From NCBI GenBank assembly GCA_964512875.1, contig CAZEKY010000003.1, forward strand, positions 1 to 37,093: 37,093 bases of DNA, in the 5' to 3' direction. This document shows positions 23,572 through 32,849 of this stretch, piece by piece. Position 1 is the stretch's first letter. Each line of letters opens with the position of its first letter. Origin of the DNA: an uncultured Gammaproteobacteria bacterium (GTDB lineage: Bacteria; Patescibacteriota; Microgenomatia; UBA12405). The notes beneath the pieces were generated by a model that was not told the DNA's origin, made no database searches, and worked only from the letters and a program-made list of their open reading frames with translations. Made by a program: the position numbers and the translations under genes.

Positions 23572-24045
23572 ATGGTTAATAACATAATTAAAGACTTTAA
23601 AAAAGGAATAGTTGAACTTGGAGCGGAAAGCGTCGAAAAATTAGTAGAGGAAAGCGTTAAGATTGTTGAGCCAATAATTACAGCTAAAGAATTGCTTGGT
23701 AACATAAGTCCAATGAGTGAAGAGGAAATGTCCAGAAAAAAGAATAAAGATGAGCATGAGAAAGAAGAAGAATTAAAAAAAATAAGATCACAATTCGCTG
23801 GTAGATCGATAGAAAATGAAATGCAAGAGCTGCGAAATAAAAAGGAAAGAGAGGAGAGAGAAAGGGAGAGCTTAATTGAAAAAAATAAAAAGATAGAAGC
23901 TGATCAAAAGGCTTATGTCTTAGATGCAGATTATAATTTAAGTTCAGCTAGCCACAGTAAAAGAAAAAATCCATTTAGGAAAAAAAGTGAACCGGATGCT
24001 TCTCAAATGTCGCAAACGACCGAGTTTAAGGGTAAAATAAACTAA
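23572..24045 (+). CDS. hypothetical highly charged (Lys/Glu-rich, probable coiled-coil) protein
   Basis: The ORF sits tightly between recR and cysS, with 5-nt and 3-nt gaps. It has no recognisable motif and no TM segment. Confidence 0.55.
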   Translation: MVNNIIKDFKKGIVELGAESVEKLVEESVKIVEPIITAKELLGNISPMSEEEMSRKKNKDEHEKEEELKKIRSQFAGRSIENEMQELRNKKEREERERESLIEKNKKIEADQKAYVLDADYNLSSASHSKRKNPFRKKSEPDASQMSQTTEFKGKIN

Positions 24046-24048
24046 ATT

Positions 24049-25413
24049 ATGAGACTTTATAATACTTTATCAAGAAAAAAAGAAAAATTTGTCGCGATTA
24101 GGGAGAAAAAAGTGGGAATCTATTCTTGCGGACCTACAGTATACTCAAGTCCACATATTGGAAACATGTATGGTTATATTTGTTGGGATGTTTTAGCTAG
24201 AACTTTTAAATATTTTGGATATAAAGTGAATAACGTGGTTAATATTACAGATGTTGGACATCTTACTTCAGACGCTGATAGTGGAGAAGACAAAATGGAA
24301 AAAGGTTCAAAAAAAGAAGGTTTAAGCGTATGGGAAATAGCCCGTAAGTATGAAAAAGAATTTATCCAAAATTTAAGAGACTTAAACATTGAGTTGCCAT
24401 GGAAAATGCCTAGAGCAACTGACACTATTAATGATCAAATTAAATTAATAGAAAAAATTGACAAGGCAGGGTTTACATATCAGATAAGTGATGGTATTTA
24501 TTTTGACACTTCTAAGTTTGTAGACTATAAAAAATTTGCTAATTTAAATTTAGAAAAACTTAGGCAAGGGGCTAGAGTGGAAATTAATAAAGAAAAAAGA
24601 AACCCTTCAGATTTTGCTTTATGGAAATTTTCACCAAAAAACGAAAAAAGACAAATGGAGTGGGATAGTCCTTGGGGAGTGGGTTTTCCTGGTTGGCACA
24701 TTGAATGTACTGCAATGTCGACTAAATATTTAGGTGAAAAGTTTGATATTCACACGGGAGGAGAAGACCATATCGCAGTTCATCATAGCAATGAGATCGC
24801 TCAAGGATGGGGGGCTTTTGGACATAATACCGCTAATTATTGGCTTCATAATGGATTTATTACCTTCGAGGGTTTAAAAATTAGCAAATCAAGTGGTGGT
24901 TTGTATACTATTGGAGAATTGATAAGCATGGGTTTTGATCCATTAGATTTTCGATATTTAGTTTTAACTTCACACTATAAAAAAGGTATGGATTTTTCTC
25001 TCGATAGTCTTAAGACAGCTAAAATAACATTGGAAAAATTAAGGAAGTATCAATGCGATAAAAAAGGTAATATTTCTACCGATTATTTAAAAAAATTTGA
25101 AGAAAATATATCAAATGACTTGGCAACTCCAGAAGTATTGGCTTTAATTTGGAAAATGCTTAAATCAGAACTAAATGCAGAAGATAAGTGGGCAACACTG
25201 TTGCATTTTGATAAAATCTTAGGCTTAAAGTTGGATAGAAAAAAGAAAGTACAAAAAATTCCACGGGAGATATTGGAATTAGTGGAAGAAAGACAGCGGG
25301 CTCGAGAAAATAAAAAATGGGAAGAATCGGACAGGTTAAGAGAAGTTATTAAAAAGAAAGGTTATCTAGTTGAAGATTTGGAAAATAATTGTAAAATAAG
25401 ACCAATAACGTGA
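24049..25413 (+). CDS. cysS: cysteinyl-tRNA synthetase
   Basis: It has the class I signatures HIGN (SPHIGNMYGY) and KISKS, the WHIECTAM zinc site, and a C-terminal DALR-like region. Confidence 0.92.
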   Translation: MRLYNTLSRKKEKFVAIREKKVGIYSCGPTVYSSPHIGNMYGYICWDVLARTFKYFGYKVNNVVNITDVGHLTSDADSGEDKMEKGSKKEGLSVWEIARKYEKEFIQNLRDLNIELPWKMPRATDTINDQIKLIEKIDKAGFTYQISDGIYFDTSKFVDYKKFANLNLEKLRQGARVEINKEKRNPSDFALWKFSPKNEKRQMEWDSPWGVGFPGWHIECTAMSTKYLGEKFDIHTGGEDHIAVHHSNEIAQGWGAFGHNTANYWLHNGFITFEGLKISKSSGGLYTIGELISMGFDPLDFRYLVLTSHYKKGMDFSLDSLKTAKITLEKLRKYQCDKKGNISTDYLKKFEENISNDLATPEVLALIWKMLKSELNAEDKWATLLHFDKILGLKLDRKKKVQKIPREILELVEERQRARENKKWEESDRLREVIKKKGYLVEDLENNCKIRPIT

Positions 25414-25451
25414 TTGTTAAATTACGTTCAATATGTTAATCTAACTAGTCC

Positions 25452-25742
25452 ATGAAAGGAAACAAATATCAATATCAAATTATTTTGGTTTTAAACCCTA
25501 AAACCGAAGAAAAAGAAAAAGTTTTAGATAAAGCTTATTCTTGGTTAGAGTCTAATAAGGCTGAAATTTTAAACAAAGACCATTTTGGTCTGAAAGATTT
25601 AGCCTATGAGATTAACAATAACAAAAAAGGTGATTTTTGGATTATAGATGTAAGCTCTGAAAATCCACTAAAAGTTAAAAGCTTTAATTTGTTATTAGAC
25701 AGAGAAACAAACGTTATTCGTTATTTAATATTAAAAAAGTAA
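25452..25742 (+). CDS. rpsF: 30S ribosomal protein S6
   Basis: YQYQIILVLNP ... GLKDLAYEINNNKKGDF fits S6, as does the rpsF-ssb-rpsR synteny. Confidence 0.85.
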   Translation: MKGNKYQYQIILVLNPKTEEKEKVLDKAYSWLESNKAEILNKDHFGLKDLAYEINNNKKGDFWIIDVSSENPLKVKSFNLLLDRETNVIRYLILKK

Positions 25743-25759
25743 AAAAAAGGGGAACACAT

Positions 25760-26293
25760 ATGCCAAGTAGATGTCTCAATAGGGTCATGTTAATAGGTAA
25801 TTTAACTCGAGATCCTGAGTTAAGATATACTCCAGCCGGTATGGCAGTAGCTTCTTTTGGATTAGCGACCAATAGAGTTTGGGTAACCAAACAAGGCGAA
25901 AGAAAAGAAGATGCTCAATTCCACAGAATTGTGGCCTGGAACAAGTTAGCCGAACTTTGCTCACAACTTTTATCAAAAGGTAGAAGAGTGTACGTTGACG
26001 GTCGAATTCAATATCGTGATTTTGTTGATCAAGAAAATAATAAAAAGCAGATTGCTGAAATTATTATCGACGATATGATTATTTTAGATAACAAAGGCAT
26101 AAATAATAACTCAGATAACAATGTCGAAGGAGATCTTGGTGTCGGGGCTGCCGTAGCCGCAACAGATGCACCAGCAACTGAAAGCCAAGAATTACCAATT
26201 GAAGATATTGTTATTCCTGATGATTTAGGTGAAATTCCTGTCGTTGAAGACAAGGTCACTGAAGAAAAAAAGGAAGAGGAAATGCCTTTTTAA
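25760..26293 (+). CDS. ssb: single-stranded DNA-binding protein
   Basis: It has an OB-fold N-terminus (NRVMLIGNLTRDPELRYTPAGMAVASFGLATN) and an acidic tail ending EEEMPF. A Shine-Dalgarno AAGGGGA is at 25747-25753. Confidence 0.9.
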   Translation: MPSRCLNRVMLIGNLTRDPELRYTPAGMAVASFGLATNRVWVTKQGERKEDAQFHRIVAWNKLAELCSQLLSKGRRVYVDGRIQYRDFVDQENNKKQIAEIIIDDMIILDNKGINNNSDNNVEGDLGVGAAVAATDAPATESQELPIEDIVIPDDLGEIPVVEDKVTEEKKEEEMPF

Positions 26294-26302
26294 GGAGATA
26301 AT

Positions 26303-26557
26303 ATGATTAAAAAAAGCAAAAAAGATAATATATTAGCAGCTAAAAGAAGAGGAAGAGAAAAGGGTTGTTCTTTTTGTAAAAACAAAACTGTACCCAACTG
26401 GCAAGAATATGAAAAAATGAGAGAATACCTTTCTGCTCGATCTAGAATCATTGGTTCTCAGTTTAGTGGTACCTGTGCTAGACATCAGAAAAAATTAGTG
26501 AAAGCTATTAAGCAGGCAAGACACTTAGCCTTGTTGCCTTTTACTACTCAGGAATAA
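26303..26557 (+). CDS. rpsR: 30S ribosomal protein S18
   Basis: CSFCKNK ... YLSARSRIIGSQFSGTCARHQKKLVKAIKQARHLALLPF matches S18. A Shine-Dalgarno AAGGAG is at 26292-26297. Confidence 0.9.
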   Translation: MIKKSKKDNILAAKRRGREKGCSFCKNKTVPNWQEYEKMREYLSARSRIIGSQFSGTCARHQKKLVKAIKQARHLALLPFTTQE

Positions 26558-26576
26558 AAAAAAAGACTGTTTATAA

Positions 26577-26607
26577 ATCCTCCGATATTCTTCGGAGGAT
26601 TTTTTGT
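26577..26607 (+). terminator. Rho-independent terminator after rpsR
   Basis: A 9-bp stem ATCCTCCGA (26577-26585) pairs with TCGGAGGAT (26592-26600) around loop TATTCT. A TTTTT tract follows. Confidence 0.75.
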
Positions 26608-26620
26608 TTATAATGAATTA

Positions 26621-27358
26621 ATGAAAGATAAAGGTAGTTGGATAATAAAGTTACCAAGTAAATCAAAAATACTCGTAAAGATTGGAGATAAGATCGAGGA
26701 AAATCAAAAATTAGCTATTTTTTCTAGTCACGCTGTTGAGAGTTTTGATTATAGTGCAGTAATGCTTAAGTTAAGTGACGCGGCCAGAGAGGAATTAAAT
26801 CTGACTTTTAAGGATAAAGGTGTAGAAGAGGGCGAGGTTTTTTACAAAGAAGGTTTTTTAAAAAATAAGCTATGTTTTCCCACAAGTGGCACTTGCTTGG
26901 GATTTGACGAATTTAAAAATCTCAAAATCGAAAAAAGTGAAACCGAAAAAAAAGAAATATTTTCACCAGTTGGTGGTAAGATTTCAAAAATTGAAGATGG
27001 GAAAATGGTAATAGAGTTTGAGGCAAAAGAATATGAAGGGGTTGGGTTAAATGAATTAAAGGCCTGGGGGAAAGGAGAGATAAAAATTATTGATGACGTT
27101 AAGCTACTTGATTATGAGATGGATAAAAATGTTCTTTTTACGCAGAATTTTGATTTATCTTTTCTATTAAAGGCACAAGTTGTTGGTATTAAGGCAGTTG
27201 TTGTGCTCAGTGAAAACATTAATGAGATAGAGATGGAAATTCCGTTGTTAAGATTGGATAAAAAAGTTTGGGATGATTTTATGAAAGAAAACCGGGGAAA
27301 AGAAAAAAAAATGCTTGTAAATGCTAAAACAAGCAAGTTGTTAATAGTGTTAGAATAG
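26621..27358 (+). CDS. hypothetical protein (possible barrel-sandwich/lipoyl-like hybrid motifs)
   Basis: The ORF abuts the ctpA-like gene directly (stop 27358, next ATG 27359). Short motifs KILVKIGDKIEENQKLAIF and SPVGGKISKIEDGKMVIEF resemble hybrid-barrel strands. I recognise no family. Confidence 0.5.
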   Translation: MKDKGSWIIKLPSKSKILVKIGDKIEENQKLAIFSSHAVESFDYSAVMLKLSDAAREELNLTFKDKGVEEGEVFYKEGFLKNKLCFPTSGTCLGFDEFKNLKIEKSETEKKEIFSPVGGKISKIEDGKMVIEFEAKEYEGVGLNELKAWGKGEIKIIDDVKLLDYEMDKNVLFTQNFDLSFLLKAQVVGIKAVVVLSENINEIEMEIPLLRLDKKVWDDFMKENRGKEKKMLVNAKTSKLLIVLE

Positions 27359-28570
27359 ATGATGAAATTTAAAAGAATTAGAAATGTTTTATCATTATTG
27401 GCCCTACTATCCGTTGTTTCTTTGATAAGTTTTAGTGTTGGAAAAAACAATTCAGGTGTTGTTGTGAGCGAATCTGGAGACAGACTTAATTTAACCTTAA
27501 TGTGGAGAGTAAGAAATGATTTGAAAAATTTATTTTTAGAAAAAGATAAGTTGATCGATAAGAAAATGGAATATGGTGCTATTAAGGGGATGGTTGCTTC
27601 TCTAGATGACCCGTATACGGTTTTTTTAGATCCAGAAGAGAATAAGAGCTTAAATGAAAATCTGGCGGGTGAATTTGGAGGTGTGGGAATTTCTTTGGGG
27701 TATAAAGATAAAATATTAGCTGTTGTTGCTCCTTTAAAAGACACTCCTGCTGATAAGGCCGGAGTAAAAGCTGGAGATTTAATCGTACACATCAAAGATG
27801 AAGTTAACAATGTGGATAGGGACACTAAGGACATTTCCTTAAACGAGGCTGTTAGCCTTATTAGAGGCAAAATTGGGAGTGAGGTGCTTTTAAAAATATA
27901 CAGAGAAGGGGAGACTGATTACTTAAGTTTTTCTTTAAAAAGAGAAAAAATTGCCGTACCAAGTATTTCTTTAGAGTGGAGAGACGAAAAAGGTAAAAAG
28001 ATAGCAGTTTTATATGTTGCCGAGTTTACTGAAACACTTTTTGCTGATTGGACAGAAAAGGTAAATGAAATAGTTTCTGAAAAAAAGAAGGGTAACTTTG
28101 GAGGGATCGTTTTGGATTTAAGAAATAACCCGGGTGGTTATTTGGAAGCTAGCACCTTCATCGCTTCGGATTTTATTAAAGAAGGAATTATTGTAACTGA
28201 AAAATTTTATGACGGGAAAGAGGAACATTTTAGAGTTAAAAAAGGAAGAGGAAATTTACTAGAAGATAAGGTAGTGGTGATAATTAATGAAGGATCTGCT
28301 TCTGCCTCAGAAATATTGGCTGGTGCTTTAAGTGAATATGAAAGAGTAAAGCTGGTAGGTAAAAAAAGTTTTGGAAAAGGGACCATTCAGCAACCTAAGG
28401 ACTTTTCTGACGGAAGCGGATTGCATGTAACAATTGCCAAATGGTTGCTTCCAAGTGGTAAAAATATTCATGGTGAGGGTATTACTCCTGATGTTGAAGT
28501 AGAGAATAAATCTGACTCAAATAAAGATACACAACTGGAAAAAGCCATTGAGGTTTTGCTTGAAAAATAA
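27359..28570 (+). CDS. ctpA: S41 carboxy-terminal processing protease with PDZ domain
   Basis: Motifs are GEFGGVGISLG, a PDZ domain (TPADKAGVKAGDLIVHI), DLRNNPGGYL, INEGSASASEILAGAL and GKKSFGKGT. Confidence 0.88.
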   Translation: MMKFKRIRNVLSLLALLSVVSLISFSVGKNNSGVVVSESGDRLNLTLMWRVRNDLKNLFLEKDKLIDKKMEYGAIKGMVASLDDPYTVFLDPEENKSLNENLAGEFGGVGISLGYKDKILAVVAPLKDTPADKAGVKAGDLIVHIKDEVNNVDRDTKDISLNEAVSLIRGKIGSEVLLKIYREGETDYLSFSLKREKIAVPSISLEWRDEKGKKIAVLYVAEFTETLFADWTEKVNEIVSEKKKGNFGGIVLDLRNNPGGYLEASTFIASDFIKEGIIVTEKFYDGKEEHFRVKKGRGNLLEDKVVVIINEGSASASEILAGALSEYERVKLVGKKSFGKGTIQQPKDFSDGSGLHVTIAKWLLPSGKNIHGEGITPDVEVENKSDSNKDTQLEKAIEVLLEK

Positions 28571-28577
28571 GGAGAAT

Positions 28578-29615
28578 ATGAATAAAAAAATTAAATGGTT
28601 ATTGATTGGTTTGACGGCTGGAGTTTTGATATCTGCTTCTCTTTTATTAATAATTTTTAGTAAATTTAGCAACAAAACAGAAATAAAAATTGTTGATGAA
28701 GAATCAGTAGTGACTCAAGTTGTAGAGAGAGCCACGCCAAGTGTGGTAACTATTTCGGTAAAAGAGATCGATGGGGTAATAAAAGATGTTGGTAGTGGTT
28801 TTATTGTAACGAAAGATGGTTTTATTGTGACCAACAAACACGTGGTGGCCGAAATTGGGCTTGAATATGAGGTGATAATTGGAAAAGACGAAGTGGTCGT
28901 TGTTAAAAACATATACCGAGACCCTTTGAATGATTTAGCAATTCTTTATGTGGAAAAAAATAATTTAAACACCGTTGAGTTAGGTGATTCTGATTATCTA
29001 AAAGTTGGACAATCAGTTATTGCGATTGGAACGGCCTTGGGTGAGTTTAGATCAACAGTGACAACAGGTGTGATTTCTGGATTGGGAAGGGGAATAACGG
29101 CAGGATCAACAATTGGGGTAGAAAAATTAGAAGATGTTATTCAAACCGATGCGGCAATAAATCCTGGTAATTCCGGTGGGCCATTATTTAATTCTGCCGG
29201 CCAGGTAATAGGGGTAAATGTGGCAGTATCTGCAAGTGGACAAAATATTGGCTTTGCTCTGCCTATTAATTTAATAAAAGAATCGATTAATTATTTTAGA
29301 GAGACTGGAGAATTTGAAAGACCTTATTTGGGTGTTTCTTACAAAATGGTAAAGCAGCAAGAAGCTTTAAAAAATAAAATAGTTTCTGGTGCTTGGGTCC
29401 AACAAGTCGCAGATAATAGCCCAGCTTACAAGGCGGGAATCGTTAATGGTGACTTTATTACTAAAATAGATGGAAAAAATTTAATTGATTCAGACAATGG
29501 AGATTTAGTTAAGGAAATAAATAAAAAGAAAATTGGAGAAACAATAAAAGTAACAATTTGGAGAGAAAAAAAAGAATTGACCCTTGATGTCCTTTTAGAA
29601 CAAAAAAAGAATTAA
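28578..29615 (+). CDS. htrA: HtrA/DegP-family trypsin-like serine protease with PDZ domain
   Basis: The catalytic triad context is [14 protein letters not shown] and GNSGGPL, with a C-terminal PDZ domain. ATG 28578 is preceded by AAGGAG (28569-28574). The longer ORF from 28548 was rejected. Confidence 0.88.
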   Translation: MNKKIKWLLIGLTAGVLISASLLLIIFSKFSNKTEIKIVDEESVVTQVVERATPSVVTISVKEIDGVIKDVGSGFIVTKDGFIVTNKHVVAEIGLEYEVIIGKDEVVVVKNIYRDPLNDLAILYVEKNNLNTVELGDSDYLKVGQSVIAIGTALGEFRSTVTTGVISGLGRGITAGSTIGVEKLEDVIQTDAAINPGNSGGPLFNSAGQVIGVNVAVSASGQNIGFALPINLIKESINYFRETGEFERPYLGVSYKMVKQQEALKNKIVSGAWVQQVADNSPAYKAGIVNGDFITKIDGKNLIDSDNGDLVKEINKKKIGETIKVTIWREKKELTLDVLLEQKKN

Positions 29616-30337
29616 CTTTTTTTCTCTTCTGGCTGATCTAAAACTGTCAATTCTAAAAATAAATCATCCAACTCTCCTTGCATAATACTGTCAAGGTTGT
29701 TAAATGATTTTTCTATTCTATGGTCTTTAACCTGATTTCTGGGGTAATTATATGTTCTAATTTTATCGGCCCTGGTTGACTGACTGATACCAGCTCGACC
29801 AGCAGAAATTTCTGCCTTTTTTTTATCTTCTTCTATTTGCCAAAGTTTATTTTGAAGCAGTCGAAGAGCAATTTCTCTATTTTGTTGTTGAAAACGTTCA
29901 GTTCTGACATCAAACATTAAACCTGTTGGTTTATGAACGAGATGAACAGCGGTTGAAACTTTGTTAACGTTTTGACCACCATTACCACCAGCACGAGAGG
30001 CGGTTATTACGACATCGTCCATACTAAAATTAATTTCTTTAGATTCAATTTGAGGCATAATAGCAATAGACGCGGTTGAGGTTTGAATTCTACCCCTTTT
30101 TTCGGTAATAGGAATTCGTTGAACACGATGAGTTCCAGCTTCATATTTCAACTGATTGTAAGCATCAAATCCGGAAATCTGAATAATGTTTTCATCTATT
30201 TGACTTACTTTCCATCCAACTTTATTAGCATATCTGGTGTACATGTTCATCAAGTCGTTTGACCAGATAGTTGCTTCTTGTCCCCCTGGACCAGGATGAA
30301 ACTCCATTATGGCAATATTTGAATTTATTAAAGGCAT
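29612..30337 (-). CDS. prfA: peptide chain release factor 1-type protein lacking the N-terminal domain 1
   Basis: It has GGQ in [26 protein letters not shown] and an RF1-type PxT tripeptide in [18 protein letters not shown]. At 241 aa, the alignment starts at about residue 112 of a canonical RF1. An in-frame TAA lies 3 codons upstream of the ATG. Confidence 0.8.
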   Translation of the reverse strand: MPLINSNIAIMEFHPGPGGQEATIWSNDLMNMYTRYANKVGWKVSQIDENIIQISGFDAYNQLKYEAGTHRVQRIPITEKRGRIQTSTASIAIMPQIESKEINFSMDDVVITASRAGGNGGQNVNKVSTAVHLVHKPTGLMFDVRTERFQQQNREIALRLLQNKLWQIEEDKKKAEISAGRAGISQSTRADKIRTYNYPRNQVKDHRIEKSFNNLDSIMQGELDDLFLELTVLDQPEEKKS

Positions 30338-30352
30338 GTTGTATTAAATAAA

Positions 30353-30391
30353 TAAAAAACCGCCAAATCTTAATTTAGTTGGCGGTTTTTG
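30353..30391 (-). terminator. Rho-independent terminator after rpmE (hairpin is symmetric, possibly bidirectional)
   Basis: AAAAAACCGCCAA (30354-30366) pairs with TTGGCGGTTTTT (30379-30390). On the minus strand the hairpin is followed by TTTTTTATTTATTT. Confidence 0.7.
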
Positions 30392-30396
30392 AATAG

Positions 30397-30651
30397 CTAA
30401 TTATTTTTTTTACTTTCTTTTTTGATGGCCTTGGCGGCAGCGTATTTCTTTCCTTGTCCTACTTTTTCGTTAAATTTATCTATTCTTCCTTTAATGTCAA
30501 CAAATTTTTGTTGTCCAGTAAAAAAAGGATGACATTTAGAGCAAACTTCAACGTCTATTTTTTCTAAAGTCGAACCGGTAGTAAATTTATTGCCACAAGC
30601 ACATGATACTTGGCAATCTTTATAAAATTGTGGATGAATTCCTTGTTTCAT
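30397..30651 (-). CDS. rpmE: 50S ribosomal protein L31 (Zn-ribbon type)
   Basis: [28 protein letters not shown]...[16 protein letters not shown] matches L31. Confidence 0.9.
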   Translation of the reverse strand: MKQGIHPQFYKDCQVSCACGNKFTTGSTLEKIDVEVCSKCHPFFTGQQKFVDIKGRIDKFNEKVGQGKKYAAAKAIKKESKKNN

Positions 30652-30678
30652 AGGAGTAATTATAGCAGAGAGATTGCT

Positions 30679-31920
30679 TTATTTCAGTATTTTAATTAAT
30701 TGATTAAAGGTGACAGTTTGTTGTTTTTCTTTTTCTAAATCTTTGATGGTAATTTTTTTATCTTTAACTTCATCACTACCAACAATTGCAACATATCTAA
30801 TCCCCATATTAAGAGCATATTTTATCTGTTTTGCCATTTTATCAGAATCAGGATAAAGAGTTGAGCAGATGTCTTCCTTGTCAAGCTGGTTTTTCAACAA
30901 GAGAGTCTCTTTTTGACTTTCTTGTCCAAAATTTGTAATTAAAATTTTAATTTTCGTTTTATTGACTTGTGGTAATAAATTGAGTTCCTTAATAACATCA
31001 ACTATCCTTTCAAAGCCAAAAGCAAAACCAACAGCTGGAACCTGAGGGCCTCCTAGAGTGGAAATTAAGTTGTCATAACGGCCACCACCACCAATAGCTC
31101 CAATTTTGGGTTCTGTAACTGAAACTTCAAAAATTACACCGGTGTAATAATCACAGCCGCGAACCAACGTTGGATCAAAAATATAAGCTGATTTAGGAAT
31201 TTGTAAGGCCTCTAAATTATCAAAAATTTGCTTAAGATTATTGTCTGGTTGTGCTAATTTGATATATTTAAAAATATCGACAATCTGAGTAGTACTTAGG
31301 CCTTTAGAGGCGAGCTCATCTTTTACTCTATTTTCACCTATTTTCTCTAACTTGTCGATAGATTGAAGTACCGAACTTTGATCGTTTTTAACATTACTTT
31401 TTGCTAAAATATCTAAAAGTAAAGGTCGACTGTTAATTTTAATAACGGCATTTTTAAAAGTAAGTTTTTTAATACTTTGATAAACAAGATAAATAATTTC
31501 TGAATCGGCGATAGGGGATGAAGATCCAAAAATATCCATATCGCATTGGACAAATTCTCGATATCGACCCTTTTGAGTATTTTCTGCTCTCCAAACAGGT
31601 TGTACTTGATAACGCTTAAAAGGTAATTTGATCTGATTATTGCCATAAATCGCTAACACTTTTGCAGTGGGAACAGTCAGATCATATCTAAGCCCAATAT
31701 CTCTGTCCCCGTTGTCTTTAAAGAAATATCCAAGTTTATTATCGGTTTCATTGCTATATTTGCCTTTTAAAACAGAGGAATATTCCAAGGCGGGAGTTTC
31801 GATTGGTAAAAATCCAGATTTTTCAATTGTTTCAATGAGGGTATTTTTTACATAATTTCTGATAGCCATGTCCTCAGGTAAAAAATCTCGGAAACCTTTT
31901 AATGTTTGTGCTTTAGTCAT
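30679..31920 (-). CDS. hisS: histidyl-tRNA synthetase
   Basis: Motifs are LKGFRDFLPEDM, class II motif 2 (YQVQPVWRAENTQKGRYREFVQCD), GGGRYDNL, and a C-terminal anticodon-binding domain. Confidence 0.92.
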   Translation of the reverse strand: MTKAQTLKGFRDFLPEDMAIRNYVKNTLIETIEKSGFLPIETPALEYSSVLKGKYSNETDNKLGYFFKDNGDRDIGLRYDLTVPTAKVLAIYGNNQIKLPFKRYQVQPVWRAENTQKGRYREFVQCDMDIFGSSSPIADSEIIYLVYQSIKKLTFKNAVIKINSRPLLLDILAKSNVKNDQSSVLQSIDKLEKIGENRVKDELASKGLSTTQIVDIFKYIKLAQPDNNLKQIFDNLEALQIPKSAYIFDPTLVRGCDYYTGVIFEVSVTEPKIGAIGGGGRYDNLISTLGGPQVPAVGFAFGFERIVDVIKELNLLPQVNKTKIKILITNFGQESQKETLLLKNQLDKEDICSTLYPDSDKMAKQIKYALNMGIRYVAIVGSDEVKDKKITIKDLEKEKQQTVTFNQLIKILK

Positions 31921-31965
31921 GTTTGTATTTTAAATCAAAGTGTCTTTGAAGTACAATATGATTAT

Positions 31966-32685
31966 ATGCAAGTAAATCAATTTTCTTTTTTAGAATGGGA
32001 ATTAAATATTGATTTGAATGGGGGAAGAATAATTAACCTAAAAAGGGGAGATGCTTTAATTTTAGGAACTTATGAAAGAATAGATGGTAAAAGCGGAAAC
32101 ACCCATGTGTGTATTCCAAATTTTGCTGATCATGGAGTTGAAGAATTTGGATTGCCTTTTCATGGTCCATTTAGAAATGGAAGTTGGAGCTTGATTGATA
32201 AAAAAGAGGATTCGGTGTCAGTTAAATGTGAAATAGAGCAGTTAAGTGTTGTTCAATTATTTATCTTTGATAAAAACTCTTTAACTCATAAAATAATTAT
32301 TGAGAATAAGGGTAACAATCCTAAACCTGTAAACGCTGCTATTCATAATTATTGGTCTTCTGCTATTGGATGGGAGGGGGTGCTTTTAAATGGTAATAAT
32401 TTAAGTAAAGATATAAAGGAAAGTAATTTTGTTTCTCTTGAGAAAATAAATGAATTATTCATTCCAGGAAAACCATTAATTCGCTGGAGCTTGGAGAGAT
32501 TAAATCATGCTAAATTGTGGACTGGATTTTTAGAAGAGGGGGATAATAAAATTTTTGATAATAGCTATTTTTGTCTTGAGCCGATTATGGAAAAAGATAA
32601 TTTATTTTTTGGAAGCCCAACTTCAATGATAAATTCAGGTTCAAAAATTGAGATAGAACAGAAAATAGAAATTATCGGGGAATAA
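31966..32685 (+). CDS. aldose 1-epimerase family protein (hexose-6-phosphate mutarotase-like)
   Basis: HVCIPNFADHG...GLPFHGPFRNGSW resembles the mutarotase-family G-IP-FP-FG...HGFAR..W pattern. ATG 31966 was chosen because the ORF start at 31906 would overlap hisS. Confidence 0.55.
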   Translation: MQVNQFSFLEWELNIDLNGGRIINLKRGDALILGTYERIDGKSGNTHVCIPNFADHGVEEFGLPFHGPFRNGSWSLIDKKEDSVSVKCEIEQLSVVQLFIFDKNSLTHKIIIENKGNNPKPVNAAIHNYWSSAIGWEGVLLNGNNLSKDIKESNFVSLEKINELFIPGKPLIRWSLERLNHAKLWTGFLEEGDNKIFDNSYFCLEPIMEKDNLFFGSPTSMINSGSKIEIEQKIEIIGE

Positions 32686-32701
32686 AGTTTTGTTTTATAT
32701 G

Positions 32702-32776
32702 GGTGGCATATCGGACTTGAACCGACAACCTCAGCTTTCACAGAGCTGCGCTCTAACCAATTGAGCTAATGCCACC
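32702..32776 (-). tRNA. tRNA-His(GUG) with genome-encoded G-1
   Basis: The reverse complement is G-GTGGCAT-TA-GCTC..GAGC-G-CAGCT-CTGTGAA-AGCTG-AGGTT-GTCGG-TTCAAGT-CCGAT-ATGCCAC-C. The extra 5' G pairs with C73. No CCA is encoded. Confidence 0.9.
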
Positions 32777-32793
32777 ATGTTGATTACCTGGTT

Positions 32794-32802
32794 ATTATAT
32801 CA
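32794..32802 (-). promoter_or_regulatory. extended -10 promoter (TGaTATAAT) for tRNA-His
   Basis: The reverse complement of 32794-32802 is TGATATAAT. It lies 17 nt upstream of the tRNA 5' end. Confidence 0.5.
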
Positions 32803-32849
32803 AGCTTTGAAAGTTTTATAAAAGAATATTAAAGAAGTTGAGCTTTTCT

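Noticed and set aside
27112-27870. 252-aa ORF on the minus strand
   Set aside because: It lies entirely antisense to the well-supported hypothetical/S41 protease genes. Its translation is low-complexity Ser/Leu/Thr/Phe-rich, as expected for the shadow frame of AT-rich coding DNA. It has no motif or start context.
28548-28577. Longer starts offered by the ORF track (28548 for htrA, 2304 for rpmB, 31906 for the epimerase-like gene, 21016 for dnaX)
   Set aside because: The downstream ATGs give canonical N-termini and have a Shine-Dalgarno site or a -10 box at the appropriate distance. The longer versions overlap neighbouring genes or start at TTG with no signal.
29612-30337. prfB-style programmed +1 frameshift, or a second GGQ motif
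   Set aside because: The decoding tripeptide is PxT (RF1 type), not SPF. No upstream ORF segment exists that could be joined by a frameshift. The GGQ at residues 18-20 (PGPGGQEA) sits where canonical RFs have GG(D/E)E and looks coincidental.
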